Shown here one piece after another: positions 1 to 7,574 of a stretch of DNA of 56,941 nt. The first letter of the stretch is position 1. Each line of letters begins with the position of its first letter. The notes below the pieces were generated by a model that was not told where the DNA came from, searched no databases, and saw nothing but the letters and a program-made list of their open reading frames with translations. The stretch lies in contig JAZODH010000004.1 in NCBI GenBank assembly GCA_045596925.1, forward strand, positions 1-56,941. The letters run 5' to 3'. This stretch comes from Eubacteriales bacterium (GTDB taxonomy: Bacteria > Bacillota > Clostridia > Oscillospirales > CAG-272). The translations under genes were made by a program, and so were the position numbers.

Positions 1-653
1 AGAGTCATCGTCCAGAATATCGGGTTTGACTACCGTTAGAAATTACACTACTCTCAAACGGTGCCCGGCGTAGAGGACAACACCGTCCTGTTTGACTACC
101 GTTAGAAATTACACTACTCTCAAACCATTACACGGCAGGGAATGGAGACACAGCCGTTTGACTACCGTTAGAAATTACACTACTCTCAAACGCCCTTGAT
201 AAGCACCCAGACGTTGCCGTCGTTTGACTACCGTTAGAAATTACACTACTCTCAAACTATGTTCCCTATGTTCCCTATAAAATTTTAGTTTGACTACCGT
301 TAGAAATTACACTACTCTCAAACCGGCACATAGGCGGCAGGGATTCCGTATTTGTTTGACTACCGTTAGAAATTACACTACTCTCAAACGGACGGAGCTG
401 GACAAGATGGACAACCGGGGTTTGACTACCGTTAGAAATTACACTACTCTCAAACCTCTCATCGTCAGCCCTCCTCTACCTCCGGGTTTGACTACCGTTA
501 GAAATTACACTACTCTCAAACTTACGAGAGCCAGAATGTGCATGGTGTCTCGTTTGACTACCGTTAGAAATTACACTACTCTCAAACAAGGCAGGGCTTG
601 TCGACAATGTAAAGGTTGTTTGACTACCGTTAGAAATTACACTACTCTCAAAC
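1..653 (-). CRISPR. CRISPR array with at least 10 copies of a 36-bp repeat (minus-strand reading GTTTGAGAGTAGTGTAATTTCTAACGGTAGTCAAAC) and 30-bp spacers; continues beyond the left window edge
   Basis: Identical repeats at 24-59, 90-125, 156-191, 222-257, 288-323, 354-389, 420-455, 486-521, 552-587 and 618-653, with an exact 66-bp period. Nine complete unique 30-bp spacers plus a partial one at 1-23. Orientation is set by the cas gene direction, the GTTT...AAAC repeat polarity and tracrRNA complementarity. Confidence 0.97.
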
Positions 654-750
654 CTCAAATATGCAATTTGAGTGGAGCAGCCCGTCACTACAATGCGGTT
701 GTAACTTCCAACGGTATTGTTATTATATCACCTCCGTCAAAAAATGCAAA
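654..750 (-). promoter_or_regulatory. CRISPR leader with putative pre-crRNA promoter (TTTGCA-17-TGaTATAAT) and an ATTTGAG leader-repeat junction
   Basis: On the minus strand the -35 TTTGCA is at 750-745 and the extended -10 TGATATAAT has its hexamer at 727-722, with a 17-bp spacer. The last 7 leader nt (660-654) read ATTTGAG directly next to the first repeat. Confidence 0.5.
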
Positions 751-1066
751 GGTCTTCGTCTATTACCAGAGTATCTTCCATATGGTGTTTTTTACCTAAA
801 CGGTTTTCGGTAATCACCAGCACCTGTACAAGGCCGGCCTGCGGCTTATTCTTGCGAACGCTTTCCAGCAAACCGTTGACAACCGTCTGATTCAGAGCCA
901 GTTTGCAATAGACGGATTCCTGCATCATGAAAAATCCGTTTTTTATAAGATACTTCCGAAAACGGGTATATTCCCGCCGTTCTGCAGCGGTTTCTGTGGG
1001 AAGGTCAAACAACAGGAGCACTCTCATATATGCCGGATACCGAAACGATGCGCCATCCCACCGCAT
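737..1066 (-). CDS. cas2: CRISPR-associated endoribonuclease Cas2 (type II-like)
   Basis: 109-aa ORF. The N-terminus SFRYPAYMRVLLLFDLPTETAAERREYTRFRKYL matches the Cas2 beta1-alpha1 signature of type II-A Cas2 (SYRYMRMILMFDMPTDT...). The ATG at 1066-1064 overlaps the cas9 stop as TGATG. Confidence 0.9.
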   Translation of the reverse strand: MRWDGASFRYPAYMRVLLLFDLPTETAAERREYTRFRKYLIKNGFFMMQESVYCKLALNQTVVNGLLESVRKNKPQAGLVQVLVITENRLGKKHHMEDTLVIDEDLCIF

Positions 1067-4000
1067 CACCTCATTAAATCGGTCTTGGTTTCAAACAGGC
1101 CGGTAACAGACTGATTTATCAGAAATGCCGATTTGCGCTTTGTAATATTCATTCCTTCCAGAAGGATGGCAACCTTTCCCTTGCCGCACAGAGAAGAAAA
1201 ATCCGGGTTTTGTGCATTGCATTTAAAGGCCTTCAGAATTTCCAACAGCAGCTTTGCCTGCTCCAGAATCGACATGGCTTCAAATTTATCCCGATGCTGC
1301 ACCATATCCGCTTTCATGTTTTTGAAAAGGTCTGCATACACATTTTGGTCACATTTCTTCAGGAACCAATCATATAGATCCCGGTTGCCTTCGGCGGTCA
1401 GTCCGTCGTGCTCCGTAACAGGAAGTTCTGCTTTCCGGGCAGCGCAGCGCTCCACATATTTGGAAATGCTGCGAATGTATTTCTCACGGTTGGAATCCAT
1501 GGCGAGTTGATATGTGTGCTTACAAAGCAGTCGTTCTCCGGTTCTGCCGGAAATCAGCAGCCGCTTGCCATCCAATTCCAAAAGGGCATCCATGCGGATC
1601 TTCTTTGCTATGACTTTCGGTTCCCTCAGGCCAAGTTCTTCCGTGCAATAGCGGACAGGATCGGATTCATACAGGGATTTTTTATAGACATAGACCGGCT
1701 GCAGGGCAAGCACACGCTTTTTCTTGTCCGTATACTCCACAACACAGAAATAGGCTCCGGCTCGTTTATTGTAGCCGCCGTATTTCTCCACGGAAAGGCC
1801 CTGCTTCTTTTCCACCTGCCCCTTGCCTGCCGGCATAAGCTGCAAGTCAAACAGCTGACCCTTGACCTCCCGGGGCATTCTTGTGACCAGAACATTGTTT
1901 TTGGCCATCCATTTTTTCACGGTCTTGATCGTTTCGGTCTTATCCCATGCACCGGGCGTATCGAAGGCAAAAACCTTGTTCAGACTATAGTTTTCCCGGT
2001 GGATATTGGCAAAGAAACGGGATGTGAACTTGGTGTCATAAACATTGCCCACCACAATGTTGAGGTAAGCATCTTTTGCATGGTGCAAATCGTTGATATC
2101 CCGGCATTTGAGCATATCAAATTCATGACGGAAGTCGGACACGTTGCCTGCCTTGGAATACACAATGCGGATATCCGGGTTTATATTCTGCAGCAGGGTC
2201 GCAAGGGCCTTGGTGGACTGCTGAGTTTCCGTCAGCTGGCGGGCAACAAAATCGGACAGTTCCTTCTCTGTCAGGGGATAGGAACGGGTGAGCCGGTCGA
2301 ACTTTTTCGGACTGATGAGTCCCTGCTTTTTCATCTGCTGCCAAAGGGGCAGCATTTTTTTGCGGATATCTTCCCCAATGGGGTAGGTGTTGGTCTTTTC
2401 GCGATTGAGTTCGCTGCGAACCAGCACTCTGTTATCGAGGCTGTTGTCCTTGACTCTGGAACGGGGGAAAATATGATCGATATCATACTTTTCTCCGTGG
2501 AGAAGGGCATCCAAATCGATGGGGTCGCCGGAGTACATACATTTTCCCATCTGGAGATAATAAAGGTACAGTTTGTCGCTGCGAAGGCTGTTGTCGTCCT
2601 CTTTTTCCAGTTTTGCAAACATTGCGGCGCTTTCTTCCTTACAAGCAGCATACAAGGCCTGCAATTTGGATTTTCTGGACTCTGTACGCTTGCCCTTCAA
2701 TTCCAGCTTGTCCCCTCTGGCCATTTCGATAAAAATCTTCTCCGGCGCAGATCTTCGAATATCGACGATTTCATCTACAATGCGCAGCGCCTGCCGCAGG
2801 CTGCGGCGAACCATGGGGGAAACATACATCTCCTCCAGTTTGTCCGCAAGTGTCCTGTTGCCGCCAAGCAGCTCCGTCCTGTGGGCATCGGCCAGTTTGC
2901 CGAAACCGTATTCCGCAAGGATCTGCATCAGGTTTTTGTCGGTTTTCCGCAGATATGTAATTACATTTTTCCCCTGCTCGTCCTTCAGACCTGTGAGAAG
3001 TGTTTCGGACAGCCGTCCCCAATCCTTATACCTCAGTCGGCAGATGTGCTTATAATCCTCGTCCGTCAGGTCGTGTGTGTTTTTCTGCAGCCATCTGCGC
3101 AGCATCCGCTTATCTTCTCCAAAGACCAAAATGCTGCGGATGATCTCCTCCACCATGTCATAATCTCCGACACGGCTCAGAATGTCCCTAAAATCATGGA
3201 AAGAACGAAGGGTAGTCTTAACGGTATCGTCAATGCCGCTGAGTTCGTCGGTCTCTGCGATGAGACCTTTTCCACGCAAATAGCTCCAAATCTGTTTTTT
3301 TGTCACCTTGCGACTTGCGTCATAGAAGAAATGCTGCAGCAGCTCCTGCTTCACATTTTCCGGAAGCGGGTGTCCGTTAACACGGAGCAGGTTCATCTCA
3401 TTGCGCATGGCAAATTCGCTGTAGAGCAAAGAATCCTTCGGCAGGACCTTCTCGCCGGTATAGGTACATTTGCCGATCAAGTTTGCCATAAATGCATCGG
3501 CAGATGCTTCGGTATCCACAATGCTTTCAAAATTCCAAGGGTAAACCTTTTCGTGTTCTTTGCCGGCAAAACGCACCACCCAATGGTTGGGATGTTTACA
3601 GCTCAGCGGCCCCACATAATAGGGGATCCGGAATTCAAAAACTTTCACGATTTTTTCTTTTACCGTAAAGCCGTCGGCATCCGTTTCATTGAGGAAAGGC
3701 AGATATGTCGATGCATTCTCAAGAATTTTCAGCAGTTCCCGCTTGTGCAGTTGGTAAGGGATCACGCCGTTATCACTGCCACGAAGGCGTGGCAGGAACG
3801 AAGCATCCTGAATTTCCCGGAAGATACGGCAAAGTTCTGCATCGGATGCATCCGGTACAGGAAGTTCTTTCTTCAGGAATTTGCAGAAATCCTCCTGCGA
3901 ACAGGCATAGTCTCCACTTTTGGACTTATACTGATTGTATGCGGGAAGATTGTTGAGTTTCTCCGCCTTTTGCGCAAAAATGCGCTTGTAACTTCCCGGT

Positions 4001-5037
4001 GCGGTTTTTCGCACATATTTTTTCAGCAGTGACAAATCTTTGCGATTCTTTTCATAGAGTGCGATCTTTGCTTCGCTGATGCTCTGCTTCCCATCAAGGA
4101 TCTGGGAAAGTTTTGCGGCATCATAAACACGCTTTAACTGAAGCAGTAACTCCATACGATCCCCAAGCACAGTGCTGAGTGCATCGAAATTATCGTCCAG
4201 ACTGTTCTTTAAACTGAAACTCTTTACTTCAGCCTGCTTCAGTTCCTCGTCGCAAAACAGCGCGGCAAAAGCCACGGAAGCTCCGGCGAGCATGTCGCAA
4301 ACCGATGCAACATCGATGCTCAATTCCTTTTCAGAGGGAGCTTCAAAAAGTCCCTTCAAGGCTTTTTTCTTTGCGGTGATCCCCATGTCATTTCTGCACA
4401 GCACAGCCACAAAAGCAGCCTCGTCGGGTGCCTCGATTTTGCAGGCATATTCTTTTTCCAAATACATCTGCAGCTGCGCAAAAGCCTGCACAGGGGACGC
4501 AAAATCATCCCCGGAATCAGAAGTTTCATACAGGAAATGACCTCTGCTCTTCACGATGTGATGCAGCGCCAGATACACAAGCCGAACGTCGTGGGCATCT
4601 TTTGATGCTGCAAGTTCCCTGCGAAGGTGGTAAACCGTTGGATACTGCTTGTGGTATGTTTTGTCATTGTAGGAATCTCCGGCAAAGAGAGAAAACCTGC
4701 TGCCGGTTTTGTCTTCTTCGTGCAGGGCACTTTCCTGCATCCGCAGGAAAAATTGGGGATCGATTTCCGTTATCGCATTGGCAAATAAGCCCTGCAGCAG
4801 CAGTAAGCGCTGATTTCTGCGGTCGAGTCTCCGTCTGGCCGTTCTGCTGGATCTTCTGGCAGAAGCATCCTGCGCTTCCTCAAACAAACGCACACCCCAC
4901 ATGGCGTTGCCCTTGAACTTTAAAACATTGTAGGACTTATCGGTCACGGCCCAACCAACAGAATTTGTGCCAACATCCAGGCCAAGATAGTAACTGCCGA
5001 TATTTTTGTTGTTCCCGTTCATTTTCTCGTTTTTCAT
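1066..5037 (-). CDS. cas9: Cas9 (type II effector, about 1323 aa; the longest ORF would start at 5067)
   Basis: Motifs present: RuvC-I YYLGLDVGTNSVGWAV, Arg-rich bridge helix RRSSRTARRRLDRRNQR, HNH DIDHIFPRSRVKDNSLDNRVLV...N, RuvC-III HHAKDAYLNIVVG, and C-terminus SVTGLFETKTDL. The ATG at 5037 follows AAAGGA; the ATG at 5067 has no RBS. Confidence 0.95.
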   Translation of the reverse strand: MKNEKMNGNNKNIGSYYLGLDVGTNSVGWAVTDKSYNVLKFKGNAMWGVRLFEEAQDASARRSSRTARRRLDRRNQRLLLLQGLFANAITEIDPQFFLRMQESALHEEDKTGSRFSLFAGDSYNDKTYHKQYPTVYHLRRELAASKDAHDVRLVYLALHHIVKSRGHFLYETSDSGDDFASPVQAFAQLQMYLEKEYACKIEAPDEAAFVAVLCRNDMGITAKKKALKGLFEAPSEKELSIDVASVCDMLAGASVAFAALFCDEELKQAEVKSFSLKNSLDDNFDALSTVLGDRMELLLQLKRVYDAAKLSQILDGKQSISEAKIALYEKNRKDLSLLKKYVRKTAPGSYKRIFAQKAEKLNNLPAYNQYKSKSGDYACSQEDFCKFLKKELPVPDASDAELCRIFREIQDASFLPRLRGSDNGVIPYQLHKRELLKILENASTYLPFLNETDADGFTVKEKIVKVFEFRIPYYVGPLSCKHPNHWVVRFAGKEHEKVYPWNFESIVDTEASADAFMANLIGKCTYTGEKVLPKDSLLYSEFAMRNEMNLLRVNGHPLPENVKQELLQHFFYDASRKVTKKQIWSYLRGKGLIAETDELSGIDDTVKTTLRSFHDFRDILSRVGDYDMVEEIIRSILVFGEDKRMLRRWLQKNTHDLTDEDYKHICRLRYKDWGRLSETLLTGLKDEQGKNVITYLRKTDKNLMQILAEYGFGKLADAHRTELLGGNRTLADKLEEMYVSPMVRRSLRQALRIVDEIVDIRRSAPEKIFIEMARGDKLELKGKRTESRKSKLQALYAACKEESAAMFAKLEKEDDNSLRSDKLYLYYLQMGKCMYSGDPIDLDALLHGEKYDIDHIFPRSRVKDNSLDNRVLVRSELNREKTNTYPIGEDIRKKMLPLWQQMKKQGLISPKKFDRLTRSYPLTEKELSDFVARQLTETQQSTKALATLLQNINPDIRIVYSKAGNVSDFRHEFDMLKCRDINDLHHAKDAYLNIVVGNVYDTKFTSRFFANIHRENYSLNKVFAFDTPGAWDKTETIKTVKKWMAKNNVLVTRMPREVKGQLFDLQLMPAGKGQVEKKQGLSVEKYGGYNKRAGAYFCVVEYTDKKKRVLALQPVYVYKKSLYESDPVRYCTEELGLREPKVIAKKIRMDALLELDGKRLLISGRTGERLLCKHTYQLAMDSNREKYIRSISKYVERCAARKAELPVTEHDGLTAEGNRDLYDWFLKKCDQNVYADLFKNMKADMVQHRDKFEAMSILEQAKLLLEILKAFKCNAQNPDFSSLCGKGKVAILLEGMNITKRKSAFLINQSVTGLFETKTDLMR

Positions 5038-5054
5038 AATTGTTAAATCCTTTC

Positions 5055-5083
5055 TTGACAAAGTCATTGGGATTGTGCATAAT
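5055..5083 (+). promoter_or_regulatory. Near-consensus sigma-A promoter for tracrRNA (TTGACA-17-CATAAT)
   Basis: TTGACA at 5055-5060, a 17-nt spacer, then CATAAT at 5078-5083. It lies just upstream of the preferred cas9 start (5037) and inside the longest cas9 ORF (start 5067), on the opposite strand. Confidence 0.6.
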
Positions 5084-5089
5084 ATAGGT

Positions 5090-5203
5090 GTCTCAAAACT
5101 ACCGTTGAGATTACACTACAAGTTCAAATAAGCTTTTAGCGAAAGCATCGCTCCGGCGAACTCACAGTGTGTGAGGCAGAAGGCTCCGAAAGGAGTCTTT
5201 TTT
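5090..5203 (+). ncRNA. tracrRNA (anti-repeat, internal hairpins, intrinsic terminator)
   Basis: 5093-5129 (TCAAAACTACCGTTGAGATTACACTACAAGTTCAAAT) is complementary to nearly the whole minus-strand repeat, with the typical internal bulge. Hairpins follow at 5161-5175 and GGCTCC-GAAA-GGAGTC at 5182-5197, then TTTTTT at 5198-5203. Confidence 0.8.
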
Positions 5204-5317
5204 GTTTTTAGTATACATTGTTTTCTGTTTCAAAACAACTGGTTTCCCTTCGAAATGTTATCAAAACAGTAGTCCAATAAATGACACATTTTAAAAGCAA
5301 TTGAGTTTTTTTTCAAC

Positions 5318-5363
5318 AAAAACAGTACCGCCGCATTCTCACGAATGCGGCGGTGCTGTTTTG
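5318..5363 (-). terminator. Intrinsic terminator after the FGGY kinase gene (bidirectional hairpin)
   Basis: A 17-bp stem ACAGTACCGCCGCATTC / GAATGCGGCGGTGCTGT (5322-5359) flanked by A and T runs. Confidence 0.6.
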
Positions 5364-6842
5364 TTATTTATTCCATTCGTTATACAGGGGGGCAAGGGCT
5401 TTCTGCACCGCCTGATAGCGGGTGAAAATCTCTCCGTAGGCTTCGTGGCGGGCAGGATCCGGCTGCACCCAGCGTTTTTCCTTGATACAGATTTTGGCTG
5501 CTTCCTCGGCATCGGCAAACACGCCGCAGGCAATGCCTGCCAGCATGGCAGAGCCAAGGGAGGAATCGGAATTTTCCGTAATGCGCAGGGGGATACCCAA
5601 AACATCTGCGGTGATCTGGCTCCAGAGCGTGCCCTTGGCGCCGCCGCCGATAAGGGTGGCACCGTCGGTGCAGTAGGGGATCTGCAGGCTGTCCAGATAA
5701 TTTTTGCAATCCAGAAGGGAGAAACTGACGCCTTCCAGCACAGCACGGGTAAAGTGGGCTTTGGTATGCTGAGCGCCGATACCAATGAAGCTTCCCCGCA
5801 AACTGGGGTCTCCGAAGGGAGTCAGTTCCCCCTTGAGATAGGGGTGGAACAGAAGTCCCTCGGCACCGGGAGCGATCTGGGCTGCGCCGTCGTTCAGCCG
5901 GTCATAGGTCTCCCCGAAGGTGTCCCGATACCAGCGGTAGCTGGATGCTGCGGCTTTGGTAGCGGTGCCGGGATACCACAGACCGGGGGCAATATGGGAA
6001 TAGTTCACAAGGTGCTTATCGGGGTAAGCACGGTCGGTGATGACACAGATCCTGCCGGCGGTGGCCAGCTTCACGGTCATATCGCCCGGCTTTACGGCAC
6101 CTGCGGCAAAGACTTCCATGGCGGTATCCGTGGTGCCGCAGATGACCTTGGTGCCTTCGCACAGACCTGTCAGTTCCGCCGCGGTTTTTGTGACGGTACC
6201 CACCACATCTGTAGGCTTGACGATGGGCGGCAGGATCTCCGCAGGCAGGCCTGCCATGCGGCAGAGAGTCTCGTCCCATGCCAGTTTGTTGCAGTCGAAG
6301 AACATACTGCCTTCGGCTTCAATGTAGTCTGTGCAGTAGACTCCTGTCAGGAAATAGCGGATGTAGTCCTTTTCGAAGAACAGGAACTTTGCCTGGGAGA
6401 AGATTTCCCCATGGTGCTCCTTCAGCCAAATCAGCTGGGGCAAAGTCCAGATGGTGCTGGGCTTGTGATAGGTCTTTTCAAAAATCTCCTGCCCGTGGGC
6501 GGCAAAAAGGGCATCCGCCTGCTTGCGGCTGCGCAGATCCGTCCAGTGGATGGCATCCATGAGGGGCGTGCCGGTTTCGTCGCAAAGGAGGAATGTATGG
6601 GTGGCAGAGTCCACAGCTACGGCCAGAATGTCGGAGTTTTGGATGCCGCTTTTGGTCAGCAGGGCTTTGCAGCCTTCGCACAGGGCGGCGATCCAGTCCT
6701 GGGGCTTCTGCTCACAGGCGCCGGCTTCCGGGTAGTAGGTGGGATATTCTACGGTGTGTTCGGCAAGGATCTTGCCGGTTGTATCGATCAGTGTCGCTTT
6801 GGAGGCGCCGCCGCCAAAGTCGATGCCCAAAAGGTACTTCAT
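5364..6842 (-). CDS. FGGY-family carbohydrate kinase (xylulokinase/glycerol kinase-like)
   Basis: 492 aa. The N-terminus MKYLLGIDFGGGASKATLID is the FGGY phosphate-1 motif, and GGGAKGTLWSQITADVLGIP is the C-terminal FGGY motif. Confidence 0.9.
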   Translation of the reverse strand: MKYLLGIDFGGGASKATLIDTTGKILAEHTVEYPTYYPEAGACEQKPQDWIAALCEGCKALLTKSGIQNSDILAVAVDSATHTFLLCDETGTPLMDAIHWTDLRSRKQADALFAAHGQEIFEKTYHKPSTIWTLPQLIWLKEHHGEIFSQAKFLFFEKDYIRYFLTGVYCTDYIEAEGSMFFDCNKLAWDETLCRMAGLPAEILPPIVKPTDVVGTVTKTAAELTGLCEGTKVICGTTDTAMEVFAAGAVKPGDMTVKLATAGRICVITDRAYPDKHLVNYSHIAPGLWYPGTATKAAASSYRWYRDTFGETYDRLNDGAAQIAPGAEGLLFHPYLKGELTPFGDPSLRGSFIGIGAQHTKAHFTRAVLEGVSFSLLDCKNYLDSLQIPYCTDGATLIGGGAKGTLWSQITADVLGIPLRITENSDSSLGSAMLAGIACGVFADAEEAAKICIKEKRWVQPDPARHEAYGEIFTRYQAVQKALAPLYNEWNK

Positions 6843-6857
6843 CGTACTTCCCCTCTT

Positions 6858-7505
6858 TTAGTACTTGATCTCAAGGTTTGTGCCAGTGATGCCGGGAACC
6901 ACGCCTCTGCTGAGGAGGCCTTCATTTTCCACGTGGGCCACTACCCACTTGTTCTTCCGGAACAGGGTGGGCTCCTTTTCCGTAATGGTCAGATCCGTGT
7001 TGGTGCCGGCAGGCAGGCCCACTACGCAGCCGAAGCCGTCTTTGGTGACTTCACAGGGGCAGAAGTGCAGGGTGGTGGCGTAGATTTCCACAGCGGTGCC
7101 CTGGGGCATATAGAAGGCCGTGAACTTGGAGGAGTCGATCTTGCTGTCCTCCATGTCCCAGACGTGGGCCAGAAACAGCACCAGGGGAGTGGTGGCGACA
7201 TTGATCTCCTTGGAGGCGTGCCACTCGCAGCCGTTGAGGAAGCTGCTGTGACCCCAGCAGTGACCCATCTGGGTGGGCAGAGAGCCGTAGCACTCATTCT
7301 GGATCTGGGTTTTTACGGCCAAAGTTTCAAAGGCTTCCACGGAGGGCTGATAGGAAGAGCCGGTCTCGGGATTGGGGATCTTCTTTGCTTCTTCCATCAG
7401 TTCGGCGATGTTCAATTCGATAATTTTGCCGAAGGTTTTGAATTCTGCCGATTCCACATGGAACAGCGGCACATTGGGGTTCAGTTTCTTTAACGTTTCA
7501 AACAT
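6858..7505 (-). CDS. DUF4867-like cupin-fold protein (uncharacterised)
   Basis: About 215 aa counted from MFETLKKLNPNVP, with AAGGA upstream. Family assignment is from recalled similarity only. The longer ORF start at 7556 lacks an RBS. Confidence 0.6.
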   Translation of the reverse strand: MFETLKKLNPNVPLFHVESAEFKTFGKIIELNIAELMEEAKKIPNPETGSSYQPSVEAFETLAVKTQIQNECYGSLPTQMGHCWGHSSFLNGCEWHASKEINVATTPLVLFLAHVWDMEDSKIDSSKFTAFYMPQGTAVEIYATTLHFCPCEVTKDGFGCVVGLPAGTNTDLTITEKEPTLFRKNKWVVAHVENEGLLSRGVVPGITGTNLEIKY

Positions 7506-7535
7506 ATTTATTCCATCCTTATATGATAGCATAAT

Positions 7536-7562
7536 AGAGATATGCCAAAAAGGCATATCTCT
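7536..7562 (-). other. Perfect 11-bp hairpin between the iolB-like and DUF4867 genes
   Basis: AGAGATATGCC-AAAAA-GGCATATCTCT; no T-run follows on the minus strand. Confidence 0.4.
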
Positions 7563-7574
7563 ATTAAATTTCGA

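Noticed and set aside
290-799. 169-aa plus-strand ORF (and the 70-aa minus-strand ORF at 476-688) across the CRISPR array
   Set aside because: The protein is a periodic read-through of the repeat (LTTVRNYTTLK every 22 aa). It is an artefact of the 66-bp period and not a gene.
737-1069. Possibility that a cas1 remnant is hidden between cas9 and cas2 or in another frame
   Set aside because: The cas9 stop and the cas2 start overlap (TGATG), so there is no intergenic space. The other-frame ORFs in this part of the locus, inside the cas9 coding region (for example 1133-1510), are short mirror or out-of-frame artefacts with no Cas1-like motifs.
1408-4032. Very long antisense ORFs: 874 aa opposite cas9; 730 aa at 5301-7493; 705 aa at 11063-13180; 629 aa at 23516-25405; 420 aa at 29797-31059; 390 aa at 31280-32452; and 280-409 aa ORFs opposite P2-P5
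   Set aside because: Each lies in the exact codon phase of a confidently identified gene on the other strand. The absence of stops therefore only reflects avoidance of TTA/CTA/TCA codons. Their compositions are odd (rich in V/G/L/C/H), they have no RBS, and they resemble no family that I recognise.
6858-7556. N-terminally extended ORF versions in the track: 6858-7556, 15230-15928, 23549-25393, 27629-28441, 33958-34542, 34499-35479, 35504-36661 and 52055-53698
   Set aside because: In each case an internal ATG preceded by a good Shine-Dalgarno gives an N-terminus matching the family consensus. The extensions overlap neighbouring genes or terminators, so shorter coordinates were reported.
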